The notes: generated by a model not told the origin, from the sequence alone. Shown: positions 37,968-50,699, counted from the whole stretch's first letter. The stretch is 63,853 nucleotides of DNA, filler included, from Parasitella parasitica NRRL 2501 (GCA_025201805.1; 10 parts of 10 records of this genome joined end to end with filler, not necessarily neighbours in it); one strand, 5' to 3'. Numbers and translations are program-made.

Positions 37968-40900
37968 ATGAAACGTTCTAGTACAGGAGATAATTCACCC
38001 ATTATAAAAAAGAAAATTCGTGAAAATTCAGCAATGTCAGTTATTCAATATATCCATGACCTTGTAAATAATTTAGAACAGGGGAACATCGACCACTGTT
38101 TATCTAATGCCGTAGACTTGTCCAATTTGGATGAATTATCCAAGACAGATTCTGATTTACTAAATGCACTCGACTTGAATCTAAAGAAAATAGCTCAACG
38201 TCAGCTGCAATTAGAGACTGAAAATTTAAGAAGCCGCATTATGATCCAGCAGCAGCATCAACTACTTACAGCACATGGTCACGAGGAAAAGGTCATGAGC
38301 CGAAGCCATCAGCAGACGGACAAAAATAACAATAAACACAAAAGTGAAGAAGATGATGGAGGAGGAGGAGATGGCGGGACGAAAAGGAAAGACAACAAAG
38401 AAAACGGTAGCGAATGTAGCTTGAGCGCAACTACGCCTGAAGACAATTTAACATCTATCCATGATTCGTCATTGCTCGATAAACTGGAAAACTCTTACCG
38501 TCAACATCAACAAAAGAGTTACTTTGGTAAGTAGTCAAAACTACATGTAATGCAACTATATCTAAATTATTTTAGCTATTAATGCCTTAAACGACAATGC
38601 TACATCTACATCTACTAACAATACTGCTGCTGCTGGTCTTGCTGCTACTTCATCGTCATCGTCTACTACTACTACTGCTATGCCTCCCTTTAATATCTCT
38701 TCTGCCGCTACTGCTTACCCTGTTTATTTTGGAGCTACAATGTCGCCATCTATCCTTGCTTTCCCTGCCGCTACTGTTCAAACTAGTTCTGACAATATCG
38801 TATGCCCTGATTGCGTTATTCAAGCTGTAAAAGTTGCCTCTGGTGTCTTTAATGGCGATCTTGGTCGTCGTATTACTTGTAAACATGAAAGATGCGTTGT
38901 TCCCGGTACCGATGTTCAACCCAATGCTCCCATTAACACCTTGAAAAATGCTGTCAATGCCATGGCGGATAGACTCCAAATCGTTGCTGATGAAGTTAGT
39001 TTTGTTGCTCACGAAACTGCTGTTAATGGTAAACTAGGCGTACAGGCTCGTTGTGGCAATGACATGAAAGGATTATGGCACGATTTTGTTTTGAATTTGA
39101 ACAGCATGACTCAAAATCACCTTGAACAAGTGAGAGATATCGCAGATGTTTCAACTGCTATTGCTCGTGGTGATCTTAGTAAGGCAATGACTGTACCGGT
39201 CAGGGGAGAAACACTGCTACTTAAAAATACATTTAATACTATGGGTAAAGCCAAGTTTTCATGCGCTTACCCTGTTCATTAATCTGAATCTTCCTTCAAC
39301 TAGTCAATCAACTGAATTTATTCGCTTCCGAAGTTTCAAGAGTTGCGCACGAAGTTGGCACAGAGGGAAAATTAGGCGCACAAGCAAAAGTACAGGGCGC
39401 TGACGGCATATGGAAAGAGCTCACTGATAATGTGAATACAATGGCTGCAAATTTGACGAATCAAGTTCGAGACATCGCTCAGGTATCTAAATCTGTTGCT
39501 CGTGGGGACTTGACTAAAAAGGTTACCGTGGAAGTGAGAGGAGAAATGCTAGATCTTAAAAACACGATTAATACCATGGTGGATCAAGTAAGAGCGGTTT
39601 CACTAAAAAAAACCTTGGAAGTCTAAGCCCTAACGTATGAAATAGCTATCTATATTTGCAACAGAAGTAACGCGAGTATCTCTAGAAGTTGGAACAGAAG
39701 GCATCTTGGGCGGTCAAGCTATAGTCAAAGATGTGGGTGGGACATGGAAAGATCTAACGGACAACGTAAACATGATGGCAACAAAGATCACAAATCAAGT
39801 TCGGGATATTGCTGTGGTTGCAAAAGCAGTTGCACGGGGCGATTTATCAAAGAAAGTCAAAGCAAATGCACAGGGCGAAGTGTTAGAATTGAAGAATACA
39901 ATGAATAAGATGGTAGGCAAATGAAAGAGCAAAATCTCATTATTTTATTGACATTTTTGGAATAATAAATAGGTCGATCAACTCATTCTATTTTCTGCAG
40001 AAGTGCGGAGAGTATCATTGGAAGTAGGAGTTGAGGGCAAGTTAGGTGGCCAAGCAGTAGTTAAAGACGTTGGCGGCGCATGGAAGGATTTAACAGACAA
40101 TGTAAACACCATGGCAGCCAATCTCACTACCCAAGTGCGGTCTATTGCCGAAGTTACCAAGGCAGTAGCCATGGGAGACCTATCCAAAAAGATCGAAGTT
40201 GAAACACGTGGCGAAATTTTGGACCTGAAAAACACTGTAAATGACATGGTAGATCAGCTCCGTGTATTTGCTTCCGAGGTCACACGGGTGGCGCGTGAAG
40301 TAGGAACAGAGGGAAAGTTAGGCGGTCAGGCTAGAGTGCCGAATGTCGACGGTACATGGAAAGATCTAACCGACAATGTGAATACCATGGCAACCAATCT
40401 GACAACTCAAGTGCGCTCAATTGCAGTAGTTACCAAAGCTGTTGCGAATGGTGATCTATCCAAAAAGATTCAAGTTGACGTCAGTGGTGAAATTTCTGAC
40501 CTTAAAGATACCGTCAACAATATGGTCGATCAGTTGAGAGTGTTTGCTTCTGAAGTCACCCGTGTAGCGCGTGAAGTAGGGACTGAAGGCAAACTGGGCG
40601 GTGAAGCCATTGTTCCTAGCGTGAGCGGTACCTGGAAAGACCTGACTGATAATGTGAATACCATGGCGGCTAATCTCACGACACAGGTGAGATCAATTGC
40701 TACTGTAACCAAGGCTGTAGCCAAAGGTGATCTCTCAAAGAAGATTGACGTTGAAACTCAAGGAGAAATCTTGGACCTTAAAAATACAGTCAATAGTATG
40801 GTAGATCAGCTGAATGTCTTTGCTGCTGAAGTCACTAGGGTCGCTAAAGAAGTTGGTACTGATGGCAAGCTTGGCGGCCAGGCTCTCGTTCCTAATGTAG

Positions 40901-43700
40901 ATGGTACATGGATGGATCTGACTGATAACGTTAATCACATGGCCACAAATCTTACGAATCAAGTGAGATCTATCGCTGAAGTGACCAAAGCTGTTGCTCT
41001 AGGTGATCTGTCTAAAAAGATTGAAGTTGAATCAGGTGGAGAAATCCTCGATTTAAAGAATATCGTCAATAACATGGTCGATCAGTTGCGTGTATTTGCA
41101 TCTGAGGTTACGCGTGTCTCCAAGGAAGTCGGCACCGAAGGCAAGTTAGGTGGCCAAGCTATTGTACAAGGCGTAGCTGGCACTTGGAATGAGCTTACTG
41201 ACAATGTCAACATCATGGCAGCCAATTTAACAAATCAAGTCAGATCCATTGCAGAAGTGACCAAAGCTGTAGCTAATGGTGATCTGTCCAAGAAGATCGA
41301 AGTAGAGTCAGGCGGTGAAATTTTGGAATTGAAAAATATTGTCAATAACATGGTGGATCAGCTTCGAATCTTTGCGTCCGAAGTAACTCGCGTATCTAAA
41401 GAAGTTGGTACTGAAGGCAAATTAGGTGGTCAGGCAATGGTTCCTAATGTGGCTGGCACCTGGTACGAATTGACCGACAACGTAAACATCATGGCTGCGA
41501 ATCTTACCACCCAAGTCCGTTCTATTGCCGAAGTTACCAAAGCTGTCGCCTTAGGTGATTTGTCAAAAAAGATCGAGGTTGAAACTAGAGGTGAAATCTT
41601 GGAATTAAAGGATATTGTCAATGGCATGGTTGATCAACTTCGCATCTTTGCATCTGAGGTAACGCGTGTTTCCAAAGAAGTCGGTACCGATGGTAAATTG
41701 GGTGGCCAAGCTAGTGTACCAAACGTTGCGGGCACTTGGTATGAACTGACAGATAATGTCAATATCATGGCTGCAAATTTAACGACTCAAGTAAGATCTA
41801 TTGCGGAAGTGACCAAAGCTGTAGCGAGTGGCGATTTGTCAAAGAAGATCGAAGTTGAAACTCGAGGCGAGATCCTTGATCTAAAGAACACTGTCAATGA
41901 GATGGTGGATCAGTTGCGTGTGTTTGCCTCCGAAGTGACCCGTGTAGCTCGTGAGGTAGGAACCGAGGGTAAGCTTGGTGGTCAAGCTCGTGTACCTAAT
42001 GTTGACGGTACCTGGAAAGACCTGACTGACAACGTCAATACTATGGCAACCAATCTGACCAACCAAGTTCGCTCAATTGCCGAAGTTACAAAAGCTGTTG
42101 CCCTTGGCGATCTCTCCAAAAAGATTGAAGTTGAATCAGGAGGTGAAATCCTTGACTTGAAGAACATTGTCAATTCCATGGTCGATCAGCTACGTATTTT
42201 TGCATCAGAAGTGACCAGAGTAGCCAAAGAAGTAGGCACAGAAGGTAAGCTTGGGGGTCAAGCTACTGTAGAAGGAGTCGCTGGTACCTGGATGGATCTC
42301 ACAGATAATGTCAATACTATGGCGGCCAATTTGACAACTCAAGTACGTTCTATTGCTCAAGTTACCAAAGCTGTTGCCAAGGGTGATCTGTCCAAGAAGA
42401 TTGAGGTTGAGACTCGTGGTGAAATGCTGGATCTCAAAGATACTATCAATGACATGGTAGGCCAACTTCGTGTATTTGCCTCTGAAGTTACTCGAGTATC
42501 CAAGGAAGTAGGTACTGAAGGCAAACTCGGTGGGCAGGCAGTTGTGCAAGGTGTTGCTGGTACTTGGTACGAATTGACGGATAATGTCAATATCATGGCT
42601 GCTAATCTTACGAATCAAGTGAGATCTATCGCTGAAGTGACCAAAGCTGTTGCTCTAGGTGATCTGTCTAAAAAGATTGAAGTTGAGTCTGGCGGCGAAA
42701 TCCTCGATTTAAAGAATATCGTCAATAACATGGTAGATCAGCTTCGAATCTTTGCGTCTGAAGTAACTCGTGTGTCAAAAGAAGTCGGCACAGAAGGCAA
42801 ACTTGGCGGCCAAGCTGTTGTTCAAGGTGTTGCTGGTACCTGGAATGAACTTACAGATAATGTAAACATCATGGCTGCCAATTTAACATCTCAAGTACGT
42901 TCAATCGCAGAGGTGACTAAAGCAGTAGCTAGTGGAGACCTTTCAAAGAAGATTGAAGTTGAAACTCGTGGTGAAATTCTCGACCTCAAGATAACAGTGA
43001 ATTCTATGGTTGATCAGCTTCGTATTTTTGCATCTGAAGTTACCCGTGTCGCTAAAGAAGTTGGTACAGAAGGAAAGTTGGGCGGACAAGCCACTGTGGA
43101 GGGTGTAGCAGGCACTTGGATGGATCTAACTGACAATGTCAATACTATGGCAGCCAATTTGACAACTCAAGTACGTTCTATTGCTCAAGTTACCAAAGCT
43201 GTTGCAAATGGTGATTTATCAAAGAAGATCGAAGTCGAGACTCGTGGCGAAATTCTTGACTTGAAGGATACCGTGAACGACATGGTGGATCAACTTCGAG
43301 TGTTTGCTGCAGAGGTCACACGTGTGTCCAAAGAAGTAGGCACGGAGGGGAAACTTGGTGGCCAAGCGATGGTAGAGGGTGTTGCTGGCACCTGGCTAGA
43401 TCTCACAGATAATGTGAATACCATGGCTGCCAACCTAACGACTCAAGTGCGTTCTATTGCCCAGGTTACCAAAGCTGTTGCGCTAGGTGATTTATCTAAG
43501 AAGATTGAGGTCGAAACTCGAGGCGAGATCCTGGAACTAAAGGATATTGTCAACGGCATGGTGGATCAGCTACGTATTTTTGCATCTGAAGTTACGCGCG
43601 TCTCTAAAGAAGTTGGCACTGAAGGCAAATTAGGTGGTCAGGCTGTAGTTCAGGGTGTTGCTGGCACCTGGTACGAACTTACAGACAATGTGAACATCAT
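37968..43700 (+). CDS. NIK1: Group III hybrid histidine kinase (Nik1/Os-1/TcsC-like), N-terminal poly-HAMP part, truncated at a gap
   Basis: 92-aa repeats ([10 protein letters not shown]...GTWxDLTDNVNxMAANLTxQVRSIAxVTKAVAxGDLSKKI); 17 GDL-type units counted; four introns in the 5' part. The kinase and receiver domains are not in this contig. Confidence 0.9.
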
Positions 43701-43800
43701 NNNNNNNNNNNNNNNNNNNNNNNNNNNNNNNNNNNNNNNNNNNNTTAATTAATTAANNNNNNNNNNNNNNNNNNNNNNNNNNNNNNNNNNNNNNNNNNNN

Positions 43801-46616
43801 TGCGCTGTCTACCACTGAGCGGGAAGACATCGCTTTTGAGCTGCACATCAAGCGCTGTACGCAGTCGCTGCGCTATCTTGCCTCTCGCCGTCCTCGCCTC
43901 TTTGCTTCTGTTGCAGCCTTCTTTCAAACTGAGGGTTATGTCACCTCTGAGGACATTGAAGCTCTGGCTCCTGAGGAAGGTCTCTTCGGCTTCCGTAGGC
44001 CTCGGGATGCTGATGCTGCCATGGATGACGACACCGAGGTGGAAATGTTATAATGATTGAGCCCACACTCAATCATTATAACCTAACCATGTCTCCCAAC
44101 ATTGCTGCTACTACTACTCCTTCTAATACTACTACTTCTACTAATACTTTCCTTAATAATAATCCTACAACTCCTCCCGGCCTTACGGCCACCGTCATTA
44201 ATAGCGCCTCCCTTACTCCACTCACAATTGGTCTCTGGAACGCTCGTGGTCTTCGAGACACCACAATTGATGATGTCCTCCGTTATTGTCAATCCTTCTC
44301 GGTCCTCTTTATCACGGAGACATGGCTCCATCGTCTTCCAATCCGTATCCCTACCACATGGCAGCAATTCCACTTGCCTGGGATCACTGTCGCTGGTGGT
44401 GGACGAGGTTCTAGGGGGGTGTCTTGCCTGGTCAATCCCTCCTGTCCTCTTACTGCGTTTCAAACGCCTTTGCCGCCTGCCTTGCATGATTTTGCCTTAG
44501 GGATTCAACTGGGACGTGAGCTACGGCTCATCTGTCTCTACATCCCCCCGGAGCAGAATGGTTTATATACGGCTGATGTCTCTACCATCTTGAACGCGAT
44601 CCCGCTGGATCATGATACTATCATCTGTGGCGATCTGAATGCTCGTATGGGTAGCTTTGTGGGTGACTATGCGACAAACTCTCGAGGCAATCTTCTACAA
44701 GAATACTGTGCCGACAACGATTTAAACATTTTGAACTGTCAATTAGCCCACGGCACACCTACTCTCGAGGATCGTCGTCGTGGGCAGAATGTAAGTAGCA
44801 TTGTCGATTACTACATCACAAATGTAGCGTCATTGTCTTCTGCCTCTCTGGGTACCTCATCTTCATCTCTTTCATCCCCAAAAATTAGTATTTGCTCTGA
44901 CTTGTCCCTGGGATCTGACCATAAACTGATGTCGTTGTCTTTTGACTATCACTCTGTTGACGCTGCCCCTCCTCGACAAGTGACTTCCTCACCTCGGCTC
45001 CTCTGGAAGCTCTCTCGCCTGCAGGAACTGGACATCCACAACCTATATGTTCAAAAGTTTGAATCTTTGTCGGCGCCTCTGCTGGAGAAATTGATCGCCC
45101 TTGTCAATTCCCCTCCTGCCACCATGCCTCCCATTGACTCCCTCAACAGCCAGCTGAATCAATGCATTTACGATGCCCTTGATGCCTCGGCCACGCGCCA
45201 GACACAGCGCTCATCTAACTGGAAAAAGTTCTGGACGCCTGATCTTCAACGGCTAGCAGATCATCGCGAATCGATGTATCGCCGATACCGTCATTGTCCA
45301 CGTTCCCTCGACAAGGCGTATTTTTGGCAACAGCATCAACAAGCTCATCAACAATTCAAACAGGCTCTACGCCGCGCTAAACAGGTCTCATGGCATGCAT
45401 TTTGTGAATCTTTATTTAAACAGGATTTTTCAAAGGCTATTTCCAAGATTAAGCTAATTAAAGCACGACGCCAACGCACCTCAGGCTATCAACATGTAGA
45501 TGGAGCTCAAGCTGGCGCTGCCGCTATGCGCGCTCACCTTGCGAATATCTACGCTGGTCGTAACCTCCCTGCTTTGCGGCCTCCATGCCTCTTACCTGCT
45601 GCTCCTGCCATGTCCACTTCTGGTGTTTCTACTGGGTATCGCCTTGCTGATGGCACTTTTAGCACCTTGAATCCTGCTGCTCCTGCCTTTGTTCCTCGTG
45701 CAGAACCATCTCCAATTTTTGATGCTGCTCGTGTCCCGTCTGCCTCTGTTGACAATGCTGCTTTTGATGCTGTTATAAGTATCGATAGTATCATTGAAAA
45801 CATAAAAAGGTTACCAAACAAAAAGGCTCCTGGTCGAGACTCTATTCGTGGCGAAATGCTGAAGCCCATTCAAAAGCCGCTTGCCAAAATCCTGTCCTAT
45901 CTGTTTGCCATGGCATATCAATGGTCTCACACGCCCTCTGACTGGCGTCATGGCAATGTGTGCAGCATATACAAGAAGGGTCCCGTCACCGAAGCATCCA
46001 GCTTCAGGCCAATTTCACTGACGAGTACTTTTAGGAAACTCTTTGAATCGTGCCTCTTGCCACTTGTTCTTGATGTGTCTCCAGCCATCGACGTGGCCCA
46101 AAATGGTTTTCGATCTGCCCGTAGTGCTCTTGATAGTGCCCTCAGCCTTCAAGACCTGATGAAAGACTACCAGCGTCAACACTACCACTGGCCCACTGTC
46201 TGCTTCTTGGATATTAAAAGTGCGTACGACGTCGTCGATCGGCGTGTGATCTGGCAATCCATGCTGTCGGCTAATGCTCCAATACCAGTCGTTTCCTTGC
46301 TCTCAAATCTGTTTGATGATGTGTCGATCTCGGTTCTGAACCAAAACTGCGTATCCGACGAACTTTCCCTTGGCACCGGATTGCTTCAAGGATCCAGTTT
46401 GAGTCCACATCTCTTCAGCATTTTTATCAATTCGTTGCCTGCAATGTTGCGTCAAGCCGCCACTACCACAACGACGAGGATCTTGTCCACCTCTGCTGCT
46501 TCTGCTCCTGCTCCACTTTGGTCACCTCTCCCTGCTGGGTCCCCTAATAGCATTCCCATCAACTCTTTATTGTATGCTGATGATGTTGCTATTATCGGAT
46601 CAGCTCGTGAAGTTAA
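43801..46616 (+). mobile_element. Non-LTR retrotransposon (LINE): ORF1 end (to 44053) and ORF2 (from 44053) with APE endonuclease and RT, truncated by gaps; Grem-LINE1-like
   Basis: IGLWNARGL, FITETW, CGDLNAR, LGSDH, KAPGRD, FRPISL, LDIKSAYD, GLLQGSSLSP and LLYADD, with no stops. The Grem-LINE1 relationship is inferred. Confidence 0.93.
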
Positions 46617-46716
46617 NNNNNNNNNNNNNNNNNNNNNNNNNNNNNNNNNNNNNNNNNNNNTTAATTAATTAANNNNNNNNNNNNNNNNNNNNNNNNNNNN
46701 NNNNNNNNNNNNNNNN

Positions 46717-46808
46717 ATTTGTAAAAGAATTACCAACAATTAATATCATGATCCGTGCATTATGACTAAGTTAGATATGACATATGTAGCCTTTATATGG
46801 ATACAACA
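46717..46808 (+). mobile_element. LTR family A 3' end (empty site for the Tc1 insertion)
   Basis: GATATGACATATGTAGCCTTTATATGGATACAACA is contiguous here, versus split at 21101/23000. Confidence 0.85.
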
Positions 46809-47711
46809 CTCGGGTATTGCATAATTATGTTGGGAGGTTGATGGCTATTGTTGAGTTGGTGGAGGCTTGGTGGAGGCTTGGTGGTGGTCCTTGTTGGTGT
46901 CGCTGTGCTGATCGTTGTTGTTGTTTTGGTAGGAACGATTGTAGTATGGCTGAGGTCCCGTTCCCCGATAAAGGGGGGTCTGGACTCTTCTGCCTCGACT
47001 TTGTATGAATGTTCGCAGGAGTCTTTATTTTTATACATGGCTGAAAAACCACGCTTTGCAACTTATGATGACGGTGACAATGCCATTTTTAGCGATGATA
47101 GCGATGAATATCTTGACGACGATGAGCCCTTGATTGATAAACAGTGAGTATATGCAAAAATTTATAAAATCAATGCGTGATGATGTGCCAATTTCGCAAC
47201 CGAAAGTCAAACTCAAGTAAGCACAATTCAGGAACATATCCCAGTAGATTATGTTTCCTATTTAAACTCAACATGACATGTTCATGGACAATAAACACAA
47301 TCAATTGCTCCATTCTCTAAATTACACTAAGCCTCATACTTAAATCTTATACCCCCATTTATTTACTTTGATTCATTAATGTAATGAAAGGGCACACTTT
47401 ATGGCACCAAAACTACATGGAAATAAAATCCAGATGCATTATAACTGATCCATCTAGGAACCAAATACATGAAAATCACAAGTGAATATTAACAAGCGTT
47501 TGTGCAAGCTTACACTCCTGATTAAAGTACAATCTCCTACAACTCTGGCACATGCTAATTTTGAACAACGCTGCTTATAATCACAAAGGAACAAATTCCA
47601 AACATGTATAACGATGCAATTGTTAAAACAATTGCAATAATTCTAGATGCCAGAAATGGCTTGTTTATTACACAATAAGGAAAGCTCAGTCGCAATAGAA
47701 ATAATTAGGAT

Positions 47712-48798
47712 CACTACGGCCGAAGTAGTATTCCCATGGGTATAATAATATGCACAAATGGGCATAATAAAAAAAATGGGCACATTAAGCTGTTCAAATG
47801 TGCATAGCAAGATGATCAAGGTTTTTAACGTAATTTATCAAAGTAACTAGATTGCAATATAAGCACTGGTTGTGATAGCTTAGGTGATTTAAGGAATATA
47901 CGAGTTGATTTGGAGTCATGGCGACCTCTCATTGTCGAGATATATCAATTGTAATTTTATTAAATGGAAGTATTATGCACATGTGCATCTTAAGATGGTC
48001 TAATGGTGACAGTGATAATTAGCCTCAGCTCTTATAAAATACAAAAAAAAATCATACAGCGTATCTTCTGTTTTTTTTATTTACAGAAAGAAATAAGGTA
48101 AGCTATAGATTAACGATGTTGCCAGCATCTACTGACATATCAGCCTCAAATACATGAGATGGTGCTATGACTGAGAATTTGGTTCTGCTACCAATAAATT
48201 TTACCAAACCAACTTGTCTTTTTATGTCGTATGGGATAGAGATGACGGCGTACTTGGATGGAACGGCAGGGCTTCCTTTGTCGACAACAGGAATTGCTTT
48301 ATCGTGCTCAGCTGTTGTATTTCTTTTCATCACGCGAACTAATGCCAAAAAATACATACGATCTCTGAAAATGTGCTTGAAAAAAAACAAGACTTCTCCA
48401 ACAAACCACTTTCTACGAGACACAAACTGAGCTGTAAGATATGGGCTGTCAAACATAACAAAGTAGCCAGCACGACGAAATTCTCCCTTGGTTCTTGCAT
48501 AGTAAATCGATGATATGACAGTTGATTCATCAAACCAAGCGCGGCCAGCAAGAACAAATTCGATATCACCAATAATGTTGATATTGTCTTCAGAAAATTC
48601 ACGACGATAATACTTGCTCAAAGCTTTTCGAAATTTGGACACTTTGACTCCTTCAAATTCTTCGCCATCATTTTCAAGTTTAACCGTTTTAAAGGGAATC
48701 CAAAGTTGAGCAGTACAGTTTTCATCGTCATCATTGTCAAGATAAGAGTTATCTGAATACGAGGAAGGACGTATAATTTCACCTTCATCAGCAATGTC
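47712..48798 (-). mobile_element. CACTA/EnSpm element 3' end with transposase-like C-terminal ORF (48103-48798)
   Basis: Terminus CACTACGGCC at 47712. The ORF (WFVGEVLFFFKH...FLALVRVMK...KYAVI...QVGLV) is clearly paralogous to 50841-51554, which also ends at a CACTA terminus. Confidence 0.62.
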
Positions 48799-48898
48799 NN
48801 NNNNNNNNNNNNNNNNNNNNNNNNNNNNNNNNNNNNNNNNNNTTAATTAATTAANNNNNNNNNNNNNNNNNNNNNNNNNNNNNNNNNNNNNNNNNNNN

Positions 48899-50464
48899 TG
48901 ACAGAGTTGATTTCGCTACAAATCTCAACATTGATGTGAGCATCGTATTTGGCAACTAAAAACAAATTGTGTGGAACGATCCACCTGTTATCCACAGTTG
49001 TGGTACCATTGTTTCTCAAGATGGTTCTATCATTCATGACTCTTCTGCGATATGCCAATTTTCCATTCTCATTCTGCTCACCCAATGTAGTTTCCTCAGC
49101 AAATCCAAAGGGGTACTTTTTGGTGCATAGACCATTTTTCATGCAAATAGCTCCAGGGTTTAAAAGACCACAGGGACCGTGAACTATGTTCCTGGTTACA
49201 GTTTCGTAAGCAAGTGGGCGTTCCATGGGCTCGGGAATCTCAGCTGACACGATGGTATCAATGATCTCTGGAGTTCTAGGCTTATCCGCCTCGTCCAAGA
49301 TGAATAGCATATGGCAATGGGGCAAGCCACGCTTTTGAAACTCGACTGCGTAGCAGTACGCCACAACTTTACCAAGGACCTTGTTCTTGACAATATCGTC
49401 TAACAGTGCTCTTAGTTTTAGGTTAAAAATCCGTGCACACAAATCAGGTCGATCTGCAGGTCTTTGATTCACCAGTAATTCAGCTTCTATCTCGGGCCAC
49501 GCAGGGTTACATGTGAATGTAATAAACAGATCCGGTTTACCGAACCGACGTACCAAGTTCATTGCATCTTGGTATAACTGTGCCATGAATCGTGGACCGC
49601 CAATAAAAGAAGATGGAAGGATTACACGTTTGCCAATCTCGCTCATATCACTGTCATCAAGACGAATAGCATCTGCTAACCCACTATACAGCGCGGCACG
49701 AAGAGAGGTCTGATTAAATCGAATGAAATTCAATCTTTGTTGTTATACCGTTCCATTTTTGCGTACATATCCACAACGTATTGATGAAATAGCTTTCCAA
49801 AACAATGTATGCTAACTTGCTGATTTTTAGGAAGAAGCCCATCGCCTGGTCGAAGCATGAGACGTGAACTGTAATACTGCATGACTAAGACATCAGCACT
49901 ATTTCTGTCGTCCTGTTCAGCAGGTGGTTCATCAACCTCCATCATATCGGGATTATAAGATCTCATGTTGATATTCCATCCCGGATCACCAGAAGGGAAC
50001 ATCAGTACATATTGTAATGGATCATAATGCTGATGCAGCTCATTGATTCTTGCAAGACCATCATTGTCTTGACTTTTCAAACGAAGAACAATGTCTCTAT
50101 TTCGTGCCCCCGAATCACTCTCATCGTCACCGCCAACAATCAACACACCAATTTCATCAGCAGTAGGTGTATTATATCTTCTTGGGTCTGGCACACTTTC
50201 TGCCCTGAAGATCATGCGTACATCCTGAATTCCACCTTCTTGCTCACTTGCTAGTTCTTCCATAGATTTGAATAAACCAACAAACGGGTTTACATCATGC
50301 ATCATGTTCTGAAGAATCAACAATGTTTCTCGGCTGATGTCTGGATTCCCAGCAACATTCATTCTGTTTTGCAACTCATTTGCAGAATCAAAAATGTAAA
50401 TTTGAGCAAATCTCGGTTGCTGAACAATGTTGTTTGCATCTGGTATCAAAGAGGAACTCATCAA
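48899..50464 (-). mobile_element. Helitron RepHel, Rep (HUH) region, partial, one frameshift near 49735-49755
   Basis: PRFAQIYIFD, RRYNTPTADEI, YDPLQYVLMFPSGDPGW, ILPSSFIGGPRFM, GKPDLFITFTCNP, VEFQKRGLPHCH, CTKKYP, HINVEIC. Confidence 0.95.
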
Positions 50465-50699
50465 NNNNNNNNNNNNNNNNNNNNNNNNNNNNNNNNNNNN
50501 NNNNNNNNTTAATTAATTAANNNNNNNNNNNNNNNNNNNNNNNNNNNNNNNNNNNNNNNNNNNNATTTACACAAGCGTATCACATCACATCATTGGAAAA
50601 TCTTCAATCTTCAATTGAAGTACATTGCCATGATCTCCTATCTATAATTATGGCAGATCAACTAGTAATTTATGTACTCATTTAAGCATAAAAATGTGA

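Noticed and set aside
39978-42618. Antisense ORFs over the HAMP array and over other genes or TEs
   Set aside because: Shadow frames of the real coding strand with no independent motifs.
40003-43700. CRISPR-like array, satellite or bacterial chemoreceptor/HGT interpretation of the 276-nt periodicity
   Set aside because: Protein-coding repeats with synonymous variation and spliceosomal introns upstream; fits the fungal group III kinase.
46809-47700. ORF 46848-47147 (hydrophobic stretch plus acidic tail) and downstream coding-like sequence
   Set aside because: Many stops, lies between TE ends, and no family recognised.
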